A stretch of DNA of 64,000 nt from an uncultured Holophagales bacterium. GTDB lineage: Bacteria > Acidobacteriota > Thermoanaerobaculia > Multivoradales > UBA5704. The stretch lies in the NCBI GenBank assembly GCA_963842525.1, contig CAWJGT010000023.1:96001-160000 (forward strand). The letters are read 5' to 3'. The translations under genes and the position numbers were made by a program. This document shows positions 25,901 to 42,750 of the stretch, piece after piece (the first letter of the stretch is position 1; the number at the start of each line of letters is the position of its first letter). The notes under the pieces are model-generated. The model was not told the DNA's origin and ran no database searches. It worked only from the letters and a program-made list of their open reading frames with translations.

Positions 25901-28900
25901 GGAGGATCCCCAGCATCGCAGCGCTGGCCTCGACCGAGCGCCGGAGCTGGATCGCCACGAGGTCTCCGGGTCCCGCGCCCGCGGCGGCCAGCCGGCCGGC
26001 GAGATCGCGGGCGAGGCCGGCCAGCTCTTCGTAGGTCACCTGCCGGTCGCCTGACACCAGCGCCACTGCCCCAGGGGTCCTGGCCGCCTGCTCGGCGAAG
26101 AGATGATGGACGCAGCGGCCTTCCGGAAGGCCCGGATCGTCGCGATCTGCGAGGAGCTGGGCCAGCTCGTTCTCTTCCAGCAGGGGGAGGTCAGACAGGC
26201 GGCAGTCCGGCCCGGCTGCCACGCCCGCCAGCAGGGACCGGAGGTGCCCTGCGAACCGCTCGACGGTCGCGGCGTCGAAGAGATCGGTGGCGTACTCGAA
26301 CGATCCTTCGAGCCCCGCGGGCGTCTCCTCCAGCGTGAGGCTCAGATCGAGCTTCGCCCGCACCTCCCCCGCCGGGACCGGCTGCACCTCCAGCCCGGCC
26401 AGGCGGAGGTCCGGCCGCGGAGCGTTCTGGAGGGCGAACATGACCTGGAACAGCGGGTTGTGCGACAGGTCGCGCGCCGGCAGCAGCTCCTCGACCAGCC
26501 TCTCGAAGGGGAGGTCCTGGTGCGCATAGGCGCCGAGGGAGATCGTCCGCACCCGCGCGAGCAGCTCCCGGTACGGCGGATCGCCCGCCAAGCCGGCGCG
26601 CAGCACCAGGGTGTTGACGAAGAAACCGATCAGGCCTTCCAGCTCAGCCCGGGTGCGGCCCGCGACCGGGGTCCCCACCGGGAGGTCGTCCTCACCGGTC
26701 CAGCGCTGGAGCAGCACGGCGAAGGCGGCGAGGAGTGTCATGAAGAGCGTGGCCCCCTCGCGGCGGCCCAAGGCTGCCAGCTCGCCGGCCAGCTCCGCCG
26801 GCAGCCGCAAGGCCCGGACGGCCCCACGCGAGCTGGGCATGGGCGGGCGCGGGCGGTCGATCGGCAGGGGCAGGGCCGCGGGCGCGTCCGCCAGGCTCTC
26901 GCGCCACCAGGCCAGCTCGGCGGCGAGCCGCTCCCCCCGCAGGCGCTCGCGCTGCCAGACGGCGAAGTCCGCGACCTGGAGAGGCAGCTCCGGAAGGGTT
27001 GAGGGCATGTCTGTGACGCAGGATTCGTAGACGGCGGCGATCTCGCGGACCAGCACGCCCATGGACCAGCCGTCCGCCGCGATGTGGTGGACCGTGACCA
27101 GCGCCGCGTGCTCCTCCGGGTCGAGCCGCACCAGGCGGACCCGGAGGACCGGCCCCCGCGCGAGGTCGAACGGGAGCAAGGCCTCCTCCCGCGCGAGACG
27201 CGCAAGCTCCTCCTCCCGCCGCACCGGAGCCAGCCCGGCGAGGTCGATCCGCGGCACGGCGAGAGGGACATCACGATCGATCACCTGCCGCGGCTCTCCG
27301 CCGCCTTCCGCGAAGCGCGTGCGCAGCACTTCGTGGCGCCGTACGACCTCGCGGAAGGCCGCTTCGAAGGCGCCGGCCGCGAGCCGCCCCGCCAGCCGGA
27401 AGGCCGCGGGGATGTTGTAGACGGGATCGCCGGGCTGGAGGCGGTCCAGGAACCAGAGCCGCTGCTGGGAGAAGGAGAGCGGGAGGTCCCCGTCCCGCGA
27501 GGCCCGCTGCAACGGCGGCTCCCCAGGCCCGGGCGCGGCGCCGAGGGCCTCCTCCACGCGCGCCGCGAAGCCGGCCACGGTCGGCGCCTCGAAGAGGACG
27601 TGCAGGGGGAGGTCGATCCCGAAGACCGTCCGCACCCGCGAGATCGCCCGGGTGGCGAGGAGCGAGTGCCCGCCCATCGCGAAGAAATGGCTGCCGCGGC
27701 CGGCGCTCTCGACACCGAGGAGCTCGACCCAGAGGCCGGCCACGACCTCTTCAAACGGAGTCCGCGGGGCCTCGGCCGTGCCGGCCTCCTCCTCCGGCCC
27801 GGGCGGGGGCAGCGCCCGGCGGTCCACCTTGCCGTTGGGGGTGAGGGGCAGCGCTTCGAGCGCGACCCAGGCCGACGGCACCATGTACGACGGCAGTTGC
27901 GACGCCAGGAGATCGCGCAGGCTCCCGGCGTCCAAAGTCCTCCCCGAACGGACCGCCACGTAGGCCACGAGACGCTTGTCGCCGGGCCGGTCCTCGCGCA
28001 CGATCACCGCCGCCTGCTCGACCGCAGGGCTGCGCAGCAGCGCCGCCTCGATCTCGCCCGGCTCGATGCGGAACCCGCGCACCTTCACCTGCTGATCGAT
28101 CCGCCCCAGGAACTCGATATCGCCGTCTGCCCGGCGGCGCACCAGGTCCCCCGTCCGGTACAGGCGCCCGCCCCCACCCCCGAACGGATCGGGCACGAAG
28201 CGCTCCGCGGTCAGATCGGGACGGGCGAGATAGCCCCGCGCCAGACCGTCGCCGCCGATCCACAGCTCGCCCGGCGCCCCCACCGGCACCGCGCGGCCAC
28301 GCCGGTCCACCAGGCAGATCCGGGTGTTGGCGATCGGCCGGCCGATCGGCACCGAGTACCGGCACGACGTCACGCTCAGCTCCGCGCAGCAGGTGAACGT
28401 CGTCCCTTCCGTCGGACCGTAGCCGTTGATCAGGCGGACTCCGGGAAGCTCCGCCAGAGCCCGGCGCACGTGCGGCAGCGACAGCGCATCGCCGCCCGCC
28501 AGGAGCTGGCGCAGCCCGCGCAGGATCCAAGGGCACGCGTCCATCACTTGGTGAAAGAGTCCCGCAGTCAGCCACAGCGTCGTGACCCCATGGCGCTCGA
28601 GCCCCTGTCCAAGCTCCTCCAGCGAAGGCATCCGCTCGGCCGGCAGCGCCAACCGCGCCCCGTGCAACAGCGCCCCCCAGATCTCGAAGGTCGAGGCGTC
28701 GAAAGAGATCGGCGCAATGTGGAGGAAGACCTCTGCGGGGCCGAACCAGGCGTAGGCGGTCTCCCGCACCAGCCGCACGACGCCGCGGTGAGGCACGGCA
28801 ATGCCCTTCGGCACTCCTGTCGTGCCGGAGGTGAACAGCACGTAAGCCAAGCCGTCGGCGCAGACCGGCACCTCCAGCGCCGTGTCCGGGCAGCCGGCGA

Positions 28901-31900
28901 TCGCCTCCGCCTGAGCCAGATCCAACACCCTGCGGCCGCCCGCCAACACCACCGCCGCCAGGGACCCCCGCGCCACCAGCACTCCCACTTCCGCCGCCAT
29001 CCGCTCCAGCCACTCCAACGGATACGACGGATTGAGAGGCAGGTACGCCCCGCCGGCCTTGAGGATCCCCAGCAGCACCGCCACCAGCTCGACTCCGCTC
29101 TCCAGCAGGACCCCCACCAGCGATTCCGGTCCGACTCCGAGATCCCGCAGACGGTGCGCGATTTGGTTCGACCAGCGGTCCAGTTCCCCGTAGGTGACCG
29201 CCCCTCCGTCCCACACCAGCGCCAGCGCCTCGGGCCTCTCCGCCGCCTGCGCCGCGAACAGCTCGTGGATGCACGCCTCCCGCGGATAGGCCGTGGCCAT
29301 GCCCATCGACAGCACCTGGAGCCGCTCCGCGGGCGGCAGCAAGGGCAGGTCCCCCACCGCCAGCTCCGGACCCGCCGCCACACCGGCCAGCAGAACCGCC
29401 CACTGCTCCGCCAGCCGGACCATCGTCGACGCGTCGAACAGCTCCGTCCGGTACTCGAAGCTGCCCGCCACTCCCGCCTCCGTCTCCGCCAGCGACAGAG
29501 TCAGATCGAACTTCGCCTGCCCCGTCTCCACCGCCACCGGCTCCAGCCGCAGACCTGGCAGCTCCAGGCTCCCCAACGGCGCGTTCTGCAGCACGAACAC
29601 CACCTGGAAGACCGGCGTATGGCTCAACGAACGTTGCGGAGCGATCTCCTCGACCAGCTTCTCGAACGGCAGGTCCTGATGCGCGTAGGCCTCCAGCGTC
29701 GTCTCGCGCACCTGCTTCAACAGACGTAGAAACTCCGGGTCCTCCCTCAGGTCCGCCCGCAGCGCCAGGGTGTTGACGAAAAAGCCGATCAGCGGCTCGG
29801 TCTCCACCCGGTTGCGATTGGCGATCGGCGAGCCCACCACCACGTCCTCGACCCCGCTGAACCGGTGCAGCAGAACGTCGAACGCCGCCAGCAGGGTCAT
29901 GAACAGGGTAACCCCCTGCCGCCGGCTCAGCCGCCCGAGCTCGGCGAGCCGCTCCGCCGGCAGCGCCACCGCCAAACGCCCGCCCTGGAAGCCCTGCACC
30001 GCCGGCCGCGGCCGGTCTGTCGGCAGCTCCAGCAGCGCCGGCGCTCCGGCGAGGCGATGGCGCCAGTGAGCCAGCCGGACCTCCAACGCCTCGCCCGCCA
30101 GCCAGCCACGCTGCCAGACGGCGAAGTCGGCGTACTGGATGGGCAGCTCCAGGAGCGGCGAGGCTCGGCCCGCCGCGAACGTCGGGTAGAGCGCCGTCAG
30201 CTCCCGCACCAGCACACCCATCGACCAGCCATCCGAGACGATGTGATGCAGGGTCAGCAGCGCCAGATGCTCCTCGGGCGCCAGCGCCACCAGCACCACC
30301 CGCACCAGCGGACCGCGCGCCAAATCGAAGGGACGCGCCGCCTCGCTCCGCGCCAGGCCTTGCGCCGCGGCATCGCGCAGGTCCCCGGGAAGAGCGCGCA
30401 GGTCCACCACCGGCACCGCCAGAGAAAGCGGCGGCGCGACCACCTGCACGGGCCGCCCCTGGACGCTGGCGAACGTTGTCCGCAGCGACTCGTGACGCCG
30501 CGCGATCTCATCCAGGGCCGCGGCAAAGACCCGCCCATCCAGCGCCCCCGAGACGCGTACCGCCGCCGGCACGCCATAGGGCGAGCCGCCCGGCTCGAGC
30601 TGGTCGAGAAACCACAACCGCTCCTGGGCGAAGGAAAGCGGCAGCGGCTCCTCTCTCGACACTCGCACCAGGGGCGCCACAGCCACCAACCCCGCCCCCT
30701 CCTCGCCGCCGCGCAGCGCCGCCTCCACTCGCCCGGCCAAGCTCGCCACCGTCGGCGCAGCGAAGAGCTCGCGCAACGCCAGCTCCACGCCGAAGGCGTC
30801 CCGCAGGCGCGAGACCACCTGCGTGGCCAGCAACGAGTGGCCGCCCAGCTCGAAGAAGTTCTCCGCCAACCCCACTCGCTCGACACCCAGCACATCGCAC
30901 CAGATCCCGGCCATCAACTGCTCGGCCGGCGCGCGCGGCGCCACGAATCCTTCACCGCCCCGCGCCGCCTCCGGCGCCGGCAGCGCCTTGCGGTCCACCT
31001 TGCCATTCGGCGTCAGCGGCAGCTTGTCGAGGACGACGAGCTCCCCGGGCACCATGTACTGGGGCAGTTGAGACGCTAGAAGCTCCCGCAGGCGGCCGGC
31101 CTCCAGCGTCGCGCCCGGCCGCATCGCCAGGTAAGCCACCAGCCGCTTGTCGCCCGGGCGGTCCTCCCGCACCGTCACCACCGCCTGCTCGACGGCTGAA
31201 CTGCGCAACAGGATCGTCTCGATCTCCCCCGGCTCGATGCGGAAGCCCCGCACTTTCACCTGCTGGTCGATGCGGCCCAGGATCTCCAGCTCGCCATCGG
31301 CCCGGTAACGCGCCAGGTCCCCCGTCCGGTACAAGCGGCCGCCCCGGCCGCCGAACGGGTCGGGGACGAACCGATCGGCGGTCAGCTCGGCGCGGCCGAG
31401 ATAGCCCCGCGCCAGGCCGTCGCCGCCGATCCACAGCTCCCCCGCCACGCCCATCGGCACCGCGCGGCCGCGCCGGTCCACCAGGTAGATCCGGGTGTTG
31501 GCGATCGGCCGGCCGATCGGCACCGAAACCGGGCATGACGCCGCGCTCAGGTATGCGCAGCAGGTGAAAGTCGTCCCTTCCGTGGGTCCGTAGCCGTTGA
31601 TCAGTCGCACTCCGGGAAGCAGCTCCAGCGCCCGCCGCACGTGCGGCAGCGACAGCGCATCACCACCGGCCAGGAGCTGGCGCAGCCCGCACAGGATCCA
31701 GGGGCAGGTATCCATCACCTGGTGGAAGAGACCCGCCGTCAGCCACAGCGTCGTCACCCCATGGCGCTCGAGGCACCGCCCAAGCTCCTCCAGCGAAGGC
31801 GTTCGCTCGGCCAGCAGCGCCAACTGCCCGCCGTGGAGCAGCGCCCCCCAGATCTCGAGCGTTGACGCATCGAAGGAAATCGGTGCCAGGTGGAGAAAGA

Positions 31901-34011
31901 CCTCCCCGGGGCCGAAACGCGCGTAGTAGACCTCCCGCACCAGGCGCACCACGCCTCGGTGCGGAACCGCGATCCCTTTCGGCTCACCCGTCGTCCCGGA
32001 AGTGAACATCACGTACGCCAAGCCGTCCGCCGAAACCGGTAACCCCAAGGCGCTGTCGGGACAGCGAGCGAACGCCGCCAGATCCAGGTCCACCACCTGC
32101 CGGTGGCCGCTCAGGGCTGCCGCCACGGCCCCGTGCGACACCAGAACCTCCACCTCCGTCGCCATCCGCTTCAGCCGCTCCAGCGGGTACGACGGATCGA
32201 GCGGCAGATACGCCCCGCCGGCCTTGAGAACGCCCAGCAGCACCGCCACCAGCTCAGCGCTCTTCTCCAGCAGTACGCCCACCTGCGATTCGTGCCCCAC
32301 TCCGAGATCCCGCAGATGGTGAGCGATCCGGTTCGAACCAGCGGTCCAGCTCGCCGTAGCTCAGCGCTCCTCCGCCCCACACCAGCGCCACCGCCTCCGG
32401 CCTCGCCGCCGCTTGCACCGCGAACAGCTCGTGGATCACGACGGCGAGAGCCTCGGGAGCTCTCGCCGCCCTGGCTGACACCGACTCATGAACCGGCTGG
32501 ATCCTGTTCACACCGACCGCTGTGTCGTTCCATTCCACCGCGAGCTGGTGGACCTCCTGCGACGACAGCAGGGGCAGGCCGCCGATGGGACAGTCCGGCT
32601 CCGCCACAGCAGCCTCCAGCAAGCGCCGGAAGTGCGTTGCCATCCGCGCCAGAGTGGCGGGATGGAACAGCGCTGTCCGGTATCGGAACCGGCCGCGCAT
32701 CCCATCGGAAGTTTCGGTGAGCTCGAGGGTCAGCTCGAACTGGGCAGCGCTGCCGCCGATCTCCAGCGGCGTCATCGCGACGGCGCCTGCGCGCCGGGCC
32801 GGTAGAGCATTCTGGAGCAGGAGCATCACCTGGAACAGAGGGCTGTGGCTCAGCTCGCGCTCGGGCTGCAGCTCCTCGACCAGCCGTTCGAAGGGCAGAT
32901 CCTGCTGCGCGTAGGCACCCAGAGCGGTCTCCCGCACACGGCCCAGGAGATCGCTGAAGGAAGGATCCCCTGAGAGGTCCAGCCGCAACACCAGGGTATT
33001 GACGAAGAACCCAATGAGGTCCTCGATGTCCCTACGATTCCGGTTGGCCACCGGACTCCCCACAGCGAGATCGGTCCGGCCTGAGTAACGCGACAGCAGC
33101 ACCGCCAACACGGCGAGGAGAGTCATGAACAAGGTCGCCCCGTGCCGTTCGCCGAAAGTCTTCGTGCCATCGACCAGCGACGGGGAAAGAGTCCAGGCCA
33201 GAGCCGAGCCGCGGAAATCGGTCTCTATCGATCGCGGCCGGTCGAGAGGCAGATCGAACGACGGCCTGCTGCCTTCCAGCCGCTGCCGCCAGTAGGCGAT
33301 TTGAGCCTCCAGAACCTCGCCCCTGAGCCACTGGGCCTGCCAGGCGGCGAAGTCGGCGTACTGGATCGGCAACTCGGGGAGGGCGTCGGGCCGGCCCGTG
33401 GAGAAGGCATCGTAGAGGAGTGATAGCTCGCGCAGGAATACCGCGACGGACCAGCCGTCGCAGACGATGTGATGCGCGACCACCGATAATACATGGCGCT
33501 CCCTCCCTAACCGCATGAGCACCGTGCGCAGGAGGGGGCTGCGGGCCAGATCGAACGGCCTCTCCACGAGCTCGGCGGCCAGGCCGAGGGCCCGCCCCTC
33601 GCGCCCGGGCGCGGGCAAAGCCTCAAGATCGATCAGCGGCAGGCTCAGGATCAGCGAGGGCGCCACCGCCTGAACCGGCCTGCCCTCGACGTTAAGGAAA
33701 ACCGCCCTCAGGGTCTCATGGCGAGCGACGATCCGATTCAGGCTGCGAAGGAGCGCCGCGACATCGAAGGGGCCAGACAGGCCAATCGCTGCGGCTGTTG
33801 TGTAGAGCGGTACACTGGGAAGGAGCTGTTCCAGGAACCAGAGGCGCTGCTGAGCGAAGGAGAGCGGATGGTTCGTAGGATCGCTCCGGCGTACGATCTC
33901 CCTTTCCTGAAAGCCTGCCTTGCGCTTGCCGACCAGGAGGAGCTCGAGCCGAGCGCGCTCCTCAAGAGAGAGAGCCGCGACCTGATGAAGGAGCCCGCTC
34001 CTGTCGGCCAT
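22908..34011 (-). CDS. NRPS: C-A(Val)-T-C-A(Val)-T-C-A(Arg-like)-T-C; 1-bp frameshift at ~32336 joins ORFs 32254..34119 and 22908..32300
   Basis: Four HHIxxDGWS C domains and three GGHSL T domains. A codes read manually as DALWLGGTFK, DAFWLGGTFK and DVENIGGITK. The extra base is evident from the paralogous module (TGGTCGAAC versus TGGTTCGAAC). Confidence 0.92.
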
Positions 34012-34015
34012 CACT

Positions 34016-39413
<5,398 letters not shown>

Positions 39414-39430
39414 GTTGCGACCACGTCCGT

Positions 39431-41878
39431 CTATTCGGCTCGCAGGACTTCGACCGCTTCGATGCGGGTGACCCGCCAGGCCGGGATGAAGCTCGCGGCG
39501 AGAGCGACCCCCAGGAGCACCAGACAGGTCGCGGCCAGAACGAGCGGATCGGCGGCGCTCACGCCGTGGAGGAAGCGCGCCAGCACGCGGGCCAGCGCGA
39601 GGGCCGCCGGCACGCCCGCGGCCAGGCCGAGAAGCGCCAGCACCGCGCCCCGGCGCACCATCAGCCGCAGCACGTCCCGGCGCAGCGCGCCCAGGGCCAT
39701 GCGGATGCCGATCTCCCGCCGGCGCTGGGCGACCGCAAAGGAGACCACCCCGTAGATCCCGACCGCGGCCAGGACCAGCGCCAGCAGCGCGAAGAGGCTC
39801 ATGGTGAGGACCAGGAAACGGTCGCGGGCGGTCTGCCGGTCCAGCCGCTGCTCCATGGTCGCGGCATCATACACGGCGAGGTCCGGCGCGATCGCCCGCA
39901 CCTCGCGCCGCAGGGCCTGCACCAGGCCCGGGGCGGACGCGCCGGTCTGGCGGACCAGGAAGTTGAGCGTAGGCGGCGTGCGCGGCGGCGATTGCAGCAG
40001 CGCGAGATAGACATCCGGTGCGGGCCGCTCCTCGCTCCCCAGACCCTGGTGCCGGATGTCGGCGACCACCCCCACCACGGTGAGCCAGGGAGTCATGTCC
40101 GCCGGCTTGAGGCGCAGGCCGATCGGGTTCTGCCCCGGCCAGAACCGCTGCGCCACCGCCTCGCTCACGACCGCCGCCCCGGTCGACCGCTCATCCTCGC
40201 CGGGAAGGAAGTCGCGTCCGCGCAGCATGGGGATGCCGAGGGTCGCGAAATAGCCCGGGCTCACGTGGTGGTAGAGCAACACGACCGGCAGTTGCGTGGC
40301 AGGGGCGCCGCGGCTCTCCAGGACGTAGTCGTAGCCGTGCCAGTCGTCCGTGGGGATGCCGGGACCCGCCAGGGCCACGGCGCCCACGCCGGGCACGTGC
40401 GGCAGGCGCTCCAGGAGCTGGCGCGCGAGCTGCCGGACGATCCCGTCATCGGCATAGCGCTCCCCCTTGAGGTCGATCCGCAGGGTGAGGAGGTTCTCCG
40501 TCCGGAAGCCCAGGTCGGTGCTGCGCAGCCGCTGGAAACCCCGGATCGTCAGACCTGCGCCGAGCAGGAGGACCAAAGCCAGGGCCACCTCGGCGGCGAC
40601 CAGTGAGCCGAGGAACCGGCTGCGGCCCGGCCCCGCCGATCCCCGGCCGCCCTCCTGCAGGGCCGTGCCGAGGTTGACCTCCGAGGCGAGCCAGGCCGGC
40701 GCCAGGCCGAACCCCAGGGCGCAAAGCAGAGACACTGCGAGAATGACGGCGATCACCGGCAGGCCGACCCCGAGCTCGATGAAGCTGCGGAAGTCGACGG
40801 CGCTTGCGGCGACCAGGAGGCCCGTGGACCAGTGGGCGAAGAGCAGGCCCAGGACACCCCCGGCCAGGGCGAGGATCGCGCTCTCGCTCAGGAGCTGCCG
40901 GATCAGCCGGCGCCGGTGGGCTCCCAGCACCGCGCGCAGCGAGATCTCGCGCTGGCGCACCGCGGCCCGGGCGAGGAGCAGCCCCGCGACATTGGTGCAG
41001 GCGATCAGGAGGACGAAGAGGGCGCCCCCCAGCAGCGTGAGCAGGGCGAAGCGCAGGTTGCCGAACCAGGCCTCGCGCACCGGTTTGAGGCGCACGCCGA
41101 TCCCCAGGTTGGCGCGCGGGTTCTGCTGCGCCAGCTCGGCGGTGATGCCGTCCATCTCGGCCTGCGCCTGCTCGATCGAGACCCCGGGCCGCAGGCGCCC
41201 CGCTGCCGCGAGCCAGCGGATGCCACGCCGCTTCAGATAGTCGGGCGAGATGACGCTCGCCGCCGAGGCCACCGGAAGCCAGATCTCCGCCTTGTCCGTC
41301 AGCCCCTGGAAACCGGGCGGCAGGACTCCCACGACCTCGAACCGCTGTCCGTTGAGCAGGAGGGAGGAGCCCACGAAAGACCGCTCCCGGCCGGCGAGGC
41401 GCTGCCAGAGGCCGTGGCTCACGAGCGCGACCGGCAGGGCTCCCGCGACATCATCGTCCTCGACGATCAGCCGCCCTGCGGCGGCCTTGAGCCCCAGCAG
41501 GCGGAAGTACTCCGCCGAGACCATCTCGCCCAGGAGGTGCTCGGGCCGGCCGCCCGCCAGGAGGTTGAAGGAGCGGGGCTCGCTATAGACGGCGAGGGCC
41601 GCGAAGGACTCGCTGGCCTCCTGCCAGTCCAGGAAATCGCGGTAGGAGCTCGGGACCTCGTCCACCTCGGACCCCTCGGTCAGGGTGCCCGCGAGCAGCA
41701 CGAGCCGGTCCGGCTCCGGGTACGGCAGGGCCGACAGCAACACGGCCTGCACCACGATCCAGACCGCGGTCGTGGCCCCCACGCCCAGCGCCAGGGTGAG
41801 GACCGCGACGGCCGTGAAGCCGGGGTGCCGGACCAGGGTCCGCAAGCCGAAACGGAGGTCGCGCCAGACGTTCTCCAT
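39431..41878 (-). CDS. ADOP-type duplicated ABC (MacB/FtsX-like) permease
   Basis: DLRFGLRTL..PGFT..LALGVGATTA, LLIACTNVAGLLLAR and GIYGV..RRREIGIRMALGA. 815 aa with two FtsX repeats. No adjacent ATPase gene. Confidence 0.9.
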   Translation of the reverse strand: MENVWRDLRFGLRTLVRHPGFTAVAVLTLALGVGATTAVWIVVQAVLLSALPYPEPDRLVLLAGTLTEGSEVDEVPSSYRDFLDWQEASESFAALAVYSEPRSFNLLAGGRPEHLLGEMVSAEYFRLLGLKAAAGRLIVEDDDVAGALPVALVSHGLWQRLAGRERSFVGSSLLLNGQRFEVVGVLPPGFQGLTDKAEIWLPVASAASVISPDYLKRRGIRWLAAAGRLRPGVSIEQAQAEMDGITAELAQQNPRANLGIGVRLKPVREAWFGNLRFALLTLLGGALFVLLIACTNVAGLLLARAAVRQREISLRAVLGAHRRRLIRQLLSESAILALAGGVLGLLFAHWSTGLLVAASAVDFRSFIELGVGLPVIAVILAVSLLCALGFGLAPAWLASEVNLGTALQEGGRGSAGPGRSRFLGSLVAAEVALALVLLLGAGLTIRGFQRLRSTDLGFRTENLLTLRIDLKGERYADDGIVRQLARQLLERLPHVPGVGAVALAGPGIPTDDWHGYDYVLESRGAPATQLPVVLLYHHVSPGYFATLGIPMLRGRDFLPGEDERSTGAAVVSEAVAQRFWPGQNPIGLRLKPADMTPWLTVVGVVADIRHQGLGSEERPAPDVYLALLQSPPRTPPTLNFLVRQTGASAPGLVQALRREVRAIAPDLAVYDAATMEQRLDRQTARDRFLVLTMSLFALLALVLAAVGIYGVVSFAVAQRRREIGIRMALGALRRDVLRLMVRRGAVLALLGLAAGVPAALALARVLARFLHGVSAADPLVLAATCLVLLGVALAASFIPAWRVTRIEAVEVLRAE

Positions 41879-41921
41879 GTCCTTAATAGTGCCGAGAAGC
41901 CCCGAAATGAGCCCCGCGGCC

Positions 41922-42737
41922 CTACCTCATCAAGACTGTATACGGTTGGCCGGCGACTTTGTATGACGCGGCCCGGCTTCCGGCGAGAATCGCGGAGGTG
42001 GGATGGGCGCGGGCGCGGGTGTCCCGGGTCGGTAGCCAGACATGGTCCCGCCGCACCACGATCAGCAGACGGTGCTCGTCCCCCACCGGCACCAAAGTGG
42101 CCGACCCCGGCCGGTAGACAGGAAGCCCCAGGCGGTCGCCCAGCGAAGCGACCTCGGCGCCAACGTCGTCCACCACCAGGCCGATCTCGCTGGCATAGAG
42201 GATCTCCTCCTCCGAGAACGGTCCGGAGGTGGCGTTCCGGAGGTTGTGCCGGGCGATGAGCTCGACGATGTTGCCGGCGGGATCGTGGAAGTAGATGGAG
42301 TGGGCGTTCCAGCTCTCGAAGTGAAACACTTCGCGTCCCTCCTTGGTCATGAGCGGAACGGGGGGGACCCGCCGGCTGAGCCACTCCGTGGCCGCCGCGA
42401 GCTTGTTCTCCGGGATGTTGAACGCGAAGTGGTAGATGGGGTGGCCGTGCTCGGGTCCCGCCTGGAGGAAGGTGAGGTGGGTCCCGCCTGCCTGGATCGT
42501 GATCCGGCCGGCGGTCTCCTCCACGACAGGCAGATGGAGCGTCCGAGCATAGAAGTCGCGTTGCCGGTCGAGCTGGCGGGCCAACAGCTCGAGCTCCAGG
42601 ATGCCCCGGGCGCCCCCGGGGCCGGCGGATATCGAGGGTTTCACAAGCTCTCCCAGCACAAGCCCCGGCAGCGCGGCGCCCAGGAGCCGGCATAGCTCAC
42701 GGCGACTAAGATCCCGGAAGCCATCGACTCTCTGCAT
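41922..42737 (-). CDS. Two-domain VOC/glyoxalase protein resembling toxoflavin lyase TflA, with Tat-like signal peptide
   Basis: SRRELC followed by a hydrophobic stretch. YHFAFNIPEN, SIYFHDPAGNIVELIAR and SEIGLV give His/Glu/Glu metal ligands in the spacing I recall for TflA. Confidence 0.75.
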   Translation of the reverse strand: MQRVDGFRDLSRRELCRLLGAALPGLVLGELVKPSISAGPGGARGILELELLARQLDRQRDFYARTLHLPVVEETAGRITIQAGGTHLTFLQAGPEHGHPIYHFAFNIPENKLAAATEWLSRRVPPVPLMTKEGREVFHFESWNAHSIYFHDPAGNIVELIARHNLRNATSGPFSEEEILYASEIGLVVDDVGAEVASLGDRLGLPVYRPGSATLVPVGDEHRLLIVVRRDHVWLPTRDTRARAHPTSAILAGSRAASYKVAGQPYTVLMR

Positions 42738-42750
42738 GACCTGCCCAAGA

